DNA of 46,825 nt, from positions 1 to 46,825 of the forward strand of contig JABJMA010000002.1 in NCBI GenBank assembly GCA_018659605.1. Reading direction: 5' to 3'. The notes under the pieces are model-generated. The model was given only the letters and a program-made list of their open reading frames with translations, was not told the origin of the DNA and made no database searches. This DNA is from Rickettsiales bacterium. Its GTDB lineage: Bacteria > Pseudomonadota > Alphaproteobacteria > Rickettsiales > JABIRX01. Every line of letters begins with the position of its first letter. Within the stretch, counting starts at the first letter, position 1. This document shows, in pieces, positions 32,347 to 42,071 of the stretch. The translations under genes were made by a program, and so were the position numbers.

Positions 32347-33426
32347 CTATCTTTCAGAAGAAAAGCCCGCTTCTCTTTTGCAATCATTTAACCTGTTAAC
32401 AATCTCTTTACCCTGATCATTTTCCATACATATAGAATCAACATCAACTGATCTAGAGCGTAGATCTGATGCTAAACCTACTACATTATTACGATTTACC
32501 TCACCTATTATTTGCTTACTGATAACCAAAAACTCTTCCATTGGAAAACCGTCCTTTCCAGCAGTCATCTCACCTAAGTTATGACTAAAACTTTTATCAT
32601 CCACTCGCTCTAATATTAATTCTAACTCACCAAGATAAAAGCCCTTAGGCCTAAGCTTTTCAATAAAGGCAGCCAGCTTATCACGACCATCCTCATCACC
32701 CATATTAGCTATAGATTCTTGCAGCAAACCTTTGCCATGATTAACTAAATCAACCTCGAATATATCACCAGCTATTTCATTGAAAGCAAATATAGTATCC
32801 TCTATAGATAAATTTTTAATAAGCGCAGTTGATAATGTAGATAATACATGCCCCCTTACCAACACCTTTGCAGCATCAGAGGAATCATCAATCATTTCAA
32901 TTAATTGTTTTTGTACTTGTTCGGACTGAACTAAACCAGTGCTAAGTACTTCACATGCCTGACTAGATGTTGTGATCATTTTTTCTTTAATCATTTTGGT
33001 ATTATATTTTAGCCCAAACTCGCTGCTTTGAAAATACCGCCCCTCAATAAGTAGCTTAGCATTTTCATCAGATATTTTACCACCTGATAAGGCCGTAATT
33101 GCATCTGATACATTATTAATCTGATGCATCAGATTTGACTCTATAACCTTTGGTAAGTTTCTAGAGCAAAGTGCTAATGCAGCATTTTTCGAATCATTAA
33201 CCTTGCTAACAAGATAAGCTAAAATATGCTTATCAAGATCAATATTTCCTTTTAAAACAGAAACTACATCCTCTGCAAAAATAACCTTCCCTAACAACTC
33301 TTTCTTTGCCGATGCCGCCAAGACTTCTAAACCACTTAACTTAATAGCTGCTTGTTGAGAAAAACTCATATATAGCCTAGCATTATTACTAACTAGAGGA
33401 GATATAACTTTTGCGAATTGCCTCAT
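32347..33426 (-). CDS. Hypothetical repeat protein (paralogue of 30755..32224)
   Basis: 359-aa ORF, upstream AGAGG RBS, 27-28-aa repeats, C-terminal region shared with the neighbour. Confidence 0.8.
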   Translation of the reverse strand: MRQFAKVISPLVSNNARLYMSFSQQAAIKLSGLEVLAASAKKELLGKVIFAEDVVSVLKGNIDLDKHILAYLVSKVNDSKNAALALCSRNLPKVIESNLMHQINNVSDAITALSGGKISDENAKLLIEGRYFQSSEFGLKYNTKMIKEKMITTSSQACEVLSTGLVQSEQVQKQLIEMIDDSSDAAKVLVRGHVLSTLSTALIKNLSIEDTIFAFNEIAGDIFEVDLVNHGKGLLQESIANMGDEDGRDKLAAFIEKLRPKGFYLGELELILERVDDKSFSHNLGEMTAGKDGFPMEEFLVISKQIIGEVNRNNVVGLASDLRSRSVDVDSICMENDQGKEIVNRLNDCKREAGFSSER

Positions 33427-33452
33427 TTTAACCTCTTTAATGCATTAGAATT

Positions 33453-35168
33453 TTACAATATGAATTTGACGATATCCAAACGCAACTGCCTATTTCCACG
33501 CCATACGGATTCCTTCACATGACAAATAATATCAAAATCACGCTCCTGAATTTGTTGCCAAATTTCAAATTGATCAAAATTCCAAAGAATGCTTTCTACT
33601 TTACTACCAAGCCCACCAAACTCCTTATCAACCAATATTAACTTTAAATGCTTTTCTTGCATAAAAAAATGTTTTGATACCATCAAACCTTTGATTAAAA
33701 ATATTGGCTCCTCATTTCCTTTACCTAATGGCTCTAATATCTGCAACTCATCTAACAATTTAAGATTTATATCAGATAACCTGATTTCCATATCATAACA
33801 TGAACTCGCAATGTCATCATTATCAATATTCTGTAAGAATGTTGATAATGCCGGGATTTTAGTATCTTCAACACTGAATCCAGCAGCCATAGCATGCCCA
33901 CCACCAGCTATCAATAAATCCTTGTCTTTAGCATTATGAACTAACGCTCCAAGATTAATTCCCTCAACCGACCGAGCAGAAGCCTTGCCAATATTATTAT
34001 CAATAGAAATAACTGCTGCAGGTTTTTTATACTTATCCTTAATCCTAGCGGCAACTATACCTATAACGCCTGGGTGCCAGTTCTCATTTGCCACTATAAT
34101 GACATTATTATTCTGCAAATTATTCTGTTCTATTTGCTCAAACGCCTTCTCTAAGACTATCTGCTCAATAGCTCTCCTCTCACCATTATAATGCTCCAAC
34201 TTCAAGCTTAAATCCCTAATTATACTAGCATCATCCGTAGATAATAACTCTGAGGCCACAGTAGATTTTCCCACCCTACCTCCAGCATTAATCCTTGGGC
34301 CAACTATATAACCTAAGTGAAAAGCTTTTACACCATTACGATGATCAATATTAGCTACCGAAAATAACTCCTTAATACCTATATTCTTTGTATCATCCAT
34401 TAACTTTAGACCAAGGCTAACTAACGCCCTATTAAGCTTTACTAAAGGCACAACATCACAAATCGTAGCAAGAGCAACCAAATCCAATAATTCTAATAAT
34501 TTAGGCTCCTTTATATTACTAGCTTCATAGTAGCCCTCTTTTCTAAATAGCTGATTAACCGCAACAAGTAGCATAAACGATACGCCAGCTCCACATAAAT
34601 AACCAAGCTCTGACTTATCATCAAATCTATTTGGATTAATTACAGCAATTGCTTCAGGTATTTTAGTTTCGGAAAGGTGATGATCTACAACCAATATATC
34701 CAACCCATTATTACTAGCAGTTTCCAATGCCTCAAAAGCAGTAGTACCACAATCTACCGTAATAACTAAATCATATCCCTCATCCTTAAGTGATAATAGA
34801 GCAGCGCTATTTGGTCCATACCCCTCCATGATACGATCTGGTATATAAATTTTATAATCAATATCAAACCTTCTTAAAAATCTCGCTATTAATGCTGAAG
34901 AACAGGCCCCATCAACATCATAATCACCAAATATAGCTATACGGCGTTTTTCTTTTATTGCCTGAACTAAAAATGCAGCCCCTTTATCTATATCCTTTAT
35001 AACAAATGGGTCAGGCATTAGATTTTTTATCTTTGGACTTAAATAATCATCTATAGAATCACTGCCATTAGCTCTTATAGCAATTAATTTGGCTAATATA
35101 TCAGATAAGCCCCTTTGCTTTACCAATTCAAAAACTTCCTTGTCATATACAGACTCAATCCAATCCAT
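33453..35168 (-). CDS. recJ: Single-stranded-DNA-specific exonuclease RecJ
   Basis: GDYDVDG, EGYG, TVDCG, DHH, ATICDVVPL, PRINAGGR, GGGHAMAAG. Confidence 0.98.
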   Translation of the reverse strand: MDWIESVYDKEVFELVKQRGLSDILAKLIAIRANGSDSIDDYLSPKIKNLMPDPFVIKDIDKGAAFLVQAIKEKRRIAIFGDYDVDGACSSALIARFLRRFDIDYKIYIPDRIMEGYGPNSAALLSLKDEGYDLVITVDCGTTAFEALETASNNGLDILVVDHHLSETKIPEAIAVINPNRFDDKSELGYLCGAGVSFMLLVAVNQLFRKEGYYEASNIKEPKLLELLDLVALATICDVVPLVKLNRALVSLGLKLMDDTKNIGIKELFSVANIDHRNGVKAFHLGYIVGPRINAGGRVGKSTVASELLSTDDASIIRDLSLKLEHYNGERRAIEQIVLEKAFEQIEQNNLQNNNVIIVANENWHPGVIGIVAARIKDKYKKPAAVISIDNNIGKASARSVEGINLGALVHNAKDKDLLIAGGGHAMAAGFSVEDTKIPALSTFLQNIDNDDIASSCYDMEIRLSDINLKLLDELQILEPLGKGNEEPIFLIKGLMVSKHFFMQEKHLKLILVDKEFGGLGSKVESILWNFDQFEIWQQIQERDFDIICHVKESVWRGNRQLRLDIVKFIL

Positions 35169-35226
35169 TCTTTTCTTTTTTGATTTTTTGTTTTATATAT
35201 TTATCGCATACTATATATAAGTAATA

Positions 35227-36507
35227 ATGAAAGAAAAAAAGCAGAATTGGTATGATAATGGCATCAAACATATTTGGTTACCATATACACAAATGCACGA
35301 CTTTCCGGAACAATTAAAAGTAATAAAAACAAAAGGAGCTTATATATATCTAGAGGATGGGCGCAAATTAATAGATGGAATTAGCTCTTGGTGGGCTACG
35401 GCACATGGACATAATCATCCATATATAACGAAACAAATACGTAAACAATTAAAGAAGTTTCCTCATATAATGTTTGCTGGAATTGCTCATCAACCAGCAT
35501 ATGAGCTAGCCCACAAATTAATAAAGTTTGTAAATAAAAAAGAGAATATTTTAAACAAAGTATTCTTCTCGGATTCTGGCTCCACAGGAGTTGAGGTGGC
35601 TTTAAAAATGGCTATTCAATATCACTATAACCTAGGAAAAAAGAAGACAAAATTTATCTCATTTAAAAATTCTTATCATGGAGACACATTAGGGGCTATG
35701 TCGCTTGCTGACCCAACCAGCTCAATGCATGCAAAATTTTCTGGAACAATGCCATCACAATTATCAGCAGATATACCAAGTAATAAGGAGTATCTAAACA
35801 AATTTATTGAGACATTAGATGCAAATATAAATGAAATAGCTGGTCTAATAATTGAGCCATTGATTCAATGTGCAGGAGGAATGAAATGCTACGACATTGA
35901 TACACTCAACACAATAATGAGTGAATGCAAGAAAAGAGAAATAATTATAATTTTCGATGAATGCGCAACTGGATTTTATCGAACAGGTAAGAAATTTGCC
36001 TTCCATCACAGTAAATATACACCAGATATATTAATATTAGGCAAGGCACTAACAGGAGGAACAGTTACATTAAGTGCAACAATTGCAACGGACAGAATAT
36101 TTAACAGCTTTCTAAGCAAATCACTGGATAACGCACTTATGCATGGTCCAACATATATGGCCAATCCAATTGCGTGTTCAGCTGCAATAGCTTCATTAGA
36201 GCTTTTTGAAAAAAACAGCTATGAGGAAAAAATAAAATCAATAGAGGAAATATTTAAACAAGAATTTAAAATTCTAAAAAGTCATATAAAGGTGAAAGAT
36301 ATAAGAGTTATAGGAGCGATTGGGGTAATAGAGATAAATAAATGCGAATGGAAAGATATATGCAAAATGAGAGAATTTATAAATAAAAATGATATATGGC
36401 TCAGGCCATTCTCTAATGTTATTTATATAATGCCGCCATATACAATAAGCAAAAAAGATCTAATTAGGACAATTGATTTTAGTAAGAAACTACTAGATCT
36501 TATATAG
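35227..36507 (+). CDS. bioA: Adenosylmethionine-8-amino-7-oxononanoate aminotransferase
   Basis: IWLPYTQM, DGISSWW, DSGSTGVEVALKMA, YHGDT, FDECATGF, PLP lysine LGKALTGG, HGPTYMANP. Confidence 0.96.
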   Translation: MKEKKQNWYDNGIKHIWLPYTQMHDFPEQLKVIKTKGAYIYLEDGRKLIDGISSWWATAHGHNHPYITKQIRKQLKKFPHIMFAGIAHQPAYELAHKLIKFVNKKENILNKVFFSDSGSTGVEVALKMAIQYHYNLGKKKTKFISFKNSYHGDTLGAMSLADPTSSMHAKFSGTMPSQLSADIPSNKEYLNKFIETLDANINEIAGLIIEPLIQCAGGMKCYDIDTLNTIMSECKKREIIIIFDECATGFYRTGKKFAFHHSKYTPDILILGKALTGGTVTLSATIATDRIFNSFLSKSLDNALMHGPTYMANPIACSAAIASLELFEKNSYEEKIKSIEEIFKQEFKILKSHIKVKDIRVIGAIGVIEINKCEWKDICKMREFINKNDIWLRPFSNVIYIMPPYTISKKDLIRTIDFSKKLLDLI

Positions 36508-39249
36508 GGGAGTTTTACAAAACGTAAGGCTACATAAGTACAAAAAATAAAAAGTTTTTTGATTAATGTTTAATAGATATTACAAATAATTATAATAAAT
36601 AAGATATGTAGCATTAGAGTAATATGGCTAGCCATAATGAATCTTAGTATTTTTAACAGGTCTTATAAGTATATTAAAATAATTGAATTATCACACCATA
36701 CTAAATATTAATAACTAAAACAATTAATGGTTATATATAGCTATATTCATAAACACATCTTTATAATATCTCACATGATTTACATTATAAGAATACAGCT
36801 ATAATTATTATTTTTAATTAAATAGTTACAATAGTATTATAGTAAAATTCTTGCATGCACTTAAATATATATCGACCGAACTCTATGTTTATACATATAA
36901 TATATGTATGATGACATTATTCACGAGATTCTGCAACAGGGGAAGTGAAGTGTTATTTGCAACAGATAGGTATTACTACTTATTTCAGGGAACGTAGTTT
37001 AATTGATATTAGATATTTTTAGCCATGTTACGCAACATTATATGACGATTTACTATTTTTAACAATATGATATTATAGAAGTTTTGAATAAAATCTCACA
37101 AAGATTTTCATAAGTTGATAATATTTTTTTATAATTTAAGAGATTATTTAGATATGAAAAATAGATAAATTATTTGATAGAATATATAATTATTTTTAAA
37201 TGGACAATAATACATTTTTATAAATTAAGAACCAATCATTTATTATAGATTTCCATTACTATAGATCTTTTCGCCTTATTGTAGATAAAAGAATATATAT
37301 AAGATGATACTCTATATTTATAGATTATTCGATCTATTTTTCCTTAATATATTAAATTCATTTATTGAAATATTTTAAATATTAAATCAGATATAGTTTA
37401 TAGATTACAAATCAAACCCTTATCACCTATACTGAGGGCACCAACAGACATCTAACATCAATATTACATAATTTACTAATCAACTTATAGCGATATTTAT
37501 TTATAGATTTTAATGCATTTTACATTAATCAAAAGCAATTGTTTTTTATAAATATTTTATATATATTTTATCAATTATATTTATATCTTTTAGAATAGGC
37601 TATAAATTCACATCAACAAATACTGTATTATCTTATAGTAATTTTACTACCTAATTAATTAATAGATATAACAAGAATAATAATTTACAAAACCATAAGT
37701 TATAAATATTAAATTACTTCACAAATAGAAATATCGCTTAAATTAAATACTCATGTTATTTATATTGCCTGCTACAATATAAAATTAATATTTATGTAAG
37801 AAGAATGCATAATAATAGGAACAAGAACAAAGGAATTGTTAATGATATAACTTAGAAATATTGTTGAACTAAATAATAATAAAATTATTAAATAAAATGA
37901 TAATTACATATCACATTAGGAGGTTTGTAATTCATTTAAAAATTAATAAGGATAATATATATCATATAGTATCATCAATACCTAAATGCAGTAAAAATGC
38001 ATATTTGGCCTATAAACAACAATAGATATAAGAAAATTATAAATTTATATTATAAATATTTCACAATAATATTACGTCCATTCTTATAAATTAATTCATT
38101 ACTATTTTCATAGATATTAAACTATCTTTAATATTATTAGATTTTATTCAAGTTGTAGCATTATTTTAATTTAGAATTTATTAAAAGATGAATTGCAAAT
38201 ATAAGATATCATTATTTAAACATAAAAATATTATATCTATATTTCTAGTATTATTATACTTACTCCTAAATGCTTTAATTACAAAAAATAAATTATCCAG
38301 ATTATATCATTTCATTATTTATTAACCGATAACTTTTTATTTATAAATATTAGAGTTTGAGAAAATCTATTATCGTTGGCAATTTTTATTGTTCGCTTAT
38401 TTTAATGCATAAATAATCACAAATTTTTTATGACATAGTAATATAAATCAGCATCTATTTTCTTCTTATTTTATCTTATCATATATCATCATTATATTTT
38501 ACTTTAATTACAATATAGCCTCATATTATTTTATTAAAAACACTCTCCTTAATTAATCATTTTATATAAAATAATTAATGCTTAATTTTATATATATTTA
38601 TTTGATTGTTTTTATAATTAAATATTGAATTTTTTTCATTTATTTTATCTGTTTTTTTACCTTCTTTTATTCCTTATAATTTACAAATAGCCCTTTACTA
38701 AAGCGTATATGGTGCGTTGCCTCAAAACTTAGTTAAAATTTTTCATACTTTTTTTACTTTTTTTACTTATTATTTCTTTGTTTTTTTTATGTTTTATATC
38801 ACTCTTATTTATATAAATTTATGATAATTATTATCATATATTTCTCTAACTAAACAAATCTATTATGACATCTTATTTGCCTATCTATAACTTAACTTTT
38901 TTTATAATAAGTTATGCTATATTTTACTTCAGATAAGTATTTATATATTTTTTTTATTACCTTCTTTTTATACTCTTTTTTCTTCTTAATTTTGCTTGTA
39001 TTTTTCAACTAGATACCCACTAGTTACCAATAATAATTCTTTCGTAATATTTCTTCTTTATGCTATATTTCTTTATTAATTATTTTAATTAAACTTATTT
39101 TTTATTTCCTATTTACTCAATTTTTACTTATGATATTATTTATGTAAGCGTATCTATTACCATTCACACTTATTAATATATAGTGTGTTGATTATATATT
39201 TCTTTTACCTTTTTTTTAATAAATCGTTATTTTTTCTTAGATTTTTTGA
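36508..39249. other. ORF-free, extremely AT-rich intergenic desert
   Basis: No ORF in the supplied track for about 2.7 kb. By eye, GC is far below that of the flanking genes. Confidence 0.85.
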
Positions 39250-39443
39250 CTATTTTTTAACAACAAATGGTAAGATGATAATAGTAATTCCAATTGGAAT
39301 CATATAACATAGATTATGAATAAAATAAGGAAATATCATTAATCTGATGCCTCCATAATATACCATGTTTTTTTGTTTTTACCCTAGCGCCAATAAGTAA
39401 ATCCAAACAATCCTAATATAGATACACAAGTAATATACTTCAT
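39250..39443 (-). pseudogene. Small two-TM membrane protein pseudogene
   Basis: MKYITCVSILGLFGFTYWR*GKNK, then a frameshift in an A7 run, then NMVYYGGIRLMIFPYFIHNLCYMIPIGITIIILPFVVKK*. Length is 194 nt, one base short of 65 codons. Confidence 0.6.
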
Positions 39444-39506
39444 TTTTCTCTTAATTATTAATTACTGCATTTTTCACAAGGATCAAAACTTTTAGTATAT
39501 TTAATT

Positions 39507-39998
39507 TTATTCAGCATAATTTAAAAATCTTCGAAAATTCCAACACTTACCATTTTGATTTAAGACAGCGGTCCTTAATGATTGATCTTCTGTAACGAGG
39601 GTAAATTTGTTCTTAATCGCCGTTATGGCTATTAGCATATCAGTACTCTTCCTTGAACATTTTTGTTTAAAATAGCTTAATAGATCTTCGTCCTCTTCGC
39701 GTGTCCATTTAGCTTGACTCCATCCAGACAACTCTAGGACTTCAGCTTCCGTTGGAATAACAATGGTATTATCATCAATTATTTTAATCATTGATATCAT
39801 CTTTTGTAATTTACGCATCTTGGTATCTACATCCATATCCGGATTTGTTTTCACAGACTCCTCTATCTTCAATATCTCATCTTTTTGTATATGTGTTGAA
39901 TAAATATGAACTTTTTTTAAGAAATTTATATTTTCTAATTCATTCAACTTATCAAAAATATTACTATCTAATATAAATTTTATTCTTCTTTCTTTCAT
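39507..39998 (-). CDS. PIN-domain (VapC-like) ribonuclease
   Basis: FILDSNIF (catalytic D), QKDEI, TDMLIAITA and LVTED give the canonical acidic PIN residues. Confidence 0.85.
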   Translation of the reverse strand: MKERRIKFILDSNIFDKLNELENINFLKKVHIYSTHIQKDEILKIEESVKTNPDMDVDTKMRKLQKMISMIKIIDDNTIVIPTEAEVLELSGWSQAKWTREEDEDLLSYFKQKCSRKSTDMLIAITAIKNKFTLVTEDQSLRTAVLNQNGKCWNFRRFLNYAE

Positions 39999-40044
39999 TT
40001 CTTATTATTCACTTACAAAACTTCTTCACCTCAAAGACATCATG

Positions 40045-40251
40045 TGAATAACTCTTAATCAATATATTTTATGATATTGGGATTACATTATTTGATTTTA
40101 AATTGAGTTTGCCCGCAATAATGATATTATGATAGCTAATAAGATAACCACTGATTCCTGAACATTATGGGAAAAGGATAGTAAGCAAAGATATGACAAA
40201 GATTTATTTCGTATTGATAACCTTGACCTGATTGAACATTACACATACTAG
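40045..40251 (+). pseudogene. purC: Decayed 3' fragment of SAICAR synthetase
   Basis: IGITLFDFK / frameshift / IEFARNNDIMIANKITTDS*TLWEKDSKQRYDKDLFRIDNLDLIEHY resembles the PurC C-terminus (GI.LVDFKLEFG...LADEISPD.CRLWD.......DKD.FR.D). Confidence 0.75.
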
Positions 40252-40714
40252 CCTCTAAGCTAAAAATAGATATTCCCAATGATTAAAAGTTTTACTTTTA
40301 CTACAACCCTAAAGTCCTTTATCTTCACCAGAAATATGGCTTTTCATTTACTGATATTGATGAAGAAAGAAAATTATCCTCCCTACCGTTCGCATAGAGA
40401 AACAAAGCCAATTGAATTATTCTGGTTAGAATAATGTTCATGGTTATAAAAACACTAATAGGGTTAAATACCAAATATTTTCAGATATTGCAACTGGGTT
40501 AACAATCTACACCGGTAGGTTGATCCTAGCTGCTTGCCAGTACACATGACTGATATTACAGATATTGTGGTACACACGGGTCAGCACATACATAACTTTA
40601 CTAAAAAGTTCAATCCTCTCAAATAGGACACTTCCAACGACTGGGAAGACTCAATTTTTGCATATAGCAAAACCATTTTAAAAAAAATAGGTATTATCGA
40701 TTTAATTCTGAGGA

Positions 40715-41986
40715 TTATTCCTCGTCGTTTTTTTGAAAGATTGCCACCAATTCAATATGCGCTGTATAATAGAATTGATCTATAGCAGTTAGTTTTTTTA
40801 ACGCAAAACCACGACTTATCAAAACCTTACTATCAGCTATAAAAGAATTTAAGTTTGATGACACCATAATAAGGTTTTTAATATTTGAGTTTGCCAATTC
40901 TTTTATTTGCGTTTTAGCACCGGATCTTGGAGGGTTGATAATGACTAAATCATAACCTTTTAATTCGGTAACTCTAATAGGGTTTAAAATCAGGTCTCTT
41001 TTATAAGCATTAATTTTGTGAGACAAATCGTTCTTCTTAGCATTTAGACTTATGCTAGAGATTAGATTATCTAAAGAATCAATTCCTGTGTTTTTTTCAA
41101 CTTTATCGCTTAGAGCAAAGCCGTAAGCGCCAATACCGCAATAAAGATCGAGTAGATTTAAGGTTTCATTATTACTAACATAATCTAAAAGCTCGTCAAT
41201 AATTGCTTGCTGTCCTGTAGTGGTAGCTTGGATAAAGCTTTCACTTGGGACTGAAAGCTTCATTCCTGATATGTCTAATTGCGGTTTTCGATGACAAAAA
41301 ATTTCAATAAGTTTTTTGCTATCTTTGTATTTCAGATTCAACTGCTCATCTTGTGCAAATTTCAGCAGTGCGTCTGCGACTTTATCTATAAAAATTCTTG
41401 GCTGTAATTTTATTATTAAATCTATGACATTATCAAACTCACAAACATAAATTTCTGCAATGATGTTATGAGGTAGTGATGCTAGAAGATTTCGCAATTT
41501 AGGGATTAAGGCCTCAAGATTTTTAGTTAGCATTAAGCAATTATCAATCTCAACCACATCATGACTTCTTTCCTTAAAGAACCCTAGCTTATTCTCGCTA
41601 TCTACATGAAAACGTGCGCGACGACGCGAATTAGCGCCAACTTCAACAAACTTTATATCGCCGCCATAGCCAAACTCACTTCTGGTTAAAGCATCTTGGA
41701 TCTGCTTAATTTTAAACTCTTTAGAGAATTCATCTGTTAAATGCTGCAAAGAACAGCCTCCGCATTCCGCAAAATATTCACAAGCAGCTTTTTGCCTATG
41801 CTCGCCTGGAGTGATAATTTTAACAATTTCCGCTAAGGTAAATTTACTATTTTCTTGAACTATATTTACTTCAACCACATCACCTGTCACAGTTTTTGGT
41901 ACGAAGATTTTTTTGCCCTTTTCAGTAACGGAAAATCCCTTGCCGAGATTGGATATATTTGATATTTCTATTTGCGTGGTATTCAT
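40715..41986 (-). CDS. RlmD/TrmA-family m5U RNA methyltransferase homologue (TRAM domain + Fe-S motif), catalytic Cys absent
   Basis: TRAM domain, CEYFAECGGC, SFIQ, LDLYCGIG, NPPRSG, DQFYYTAHIE. Start set at MNTTQ (41986). Motif VI reads MVSSN. Confidence 0.88.
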   Translation of the reverse strand: MNTTQIEISNISNLGKGFSVTEKGKKIFVPKTVTGDVVEVNIVQENSKFTLAEIVKIITPGEHRQKAACEYFAECGGCSLQHLTDEFSKEFKIKQIQDALTRSEFGYGGDIKFVEVGANSRRRARFHVDSENKLGFFKERSHDVVEIDNCLMLTKNLEALIPKLRNLLASLPHNIIAEIYVCEFDNVIDLIIKLQPRIFIDKVADALLKFAQDEQLNLKYKDSKKLIEIFCHRKPQLDISGMKLSVPSESFIQATTTGQQAIIDELLDYVSNNETLNLLDLYCGIGAYGFALSDKVEKNTGIDSLDNLISSISLNAKKNDLSHKINAYKRDLILNPIRVTELKGYDLVIINPPRSGAKTQIKELANSNIKNLIMVSSNLNSFIADSKVLISRGFALKKLTAIDQFYYTAHIELVAIFQKNDEE

Positions 41987-42071
41987 AATAAAGTAACTTA
42001 AATAATCTATGTCTATTGCCAAGTACCAACTATATAGCATCTATTATTTAATTAGGTGATATATAACTAGC

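Noticed and set aside
38117-38131. Perfect CtrA-type box TTAA-N7-TTAA in the desert
   Set aside because: Expected by chance in such AT-rich DNA. A single site, without a convincing DnaA-box cluster.
36508-39249. Possible CRISPR or tandem array, or alternative-genetic-code genes, in the desert
   Set aside because: No regularly spaced 23-47-nt repeats were seen, TAA triplets are dense on both strands, and flanking genes use the standard code.
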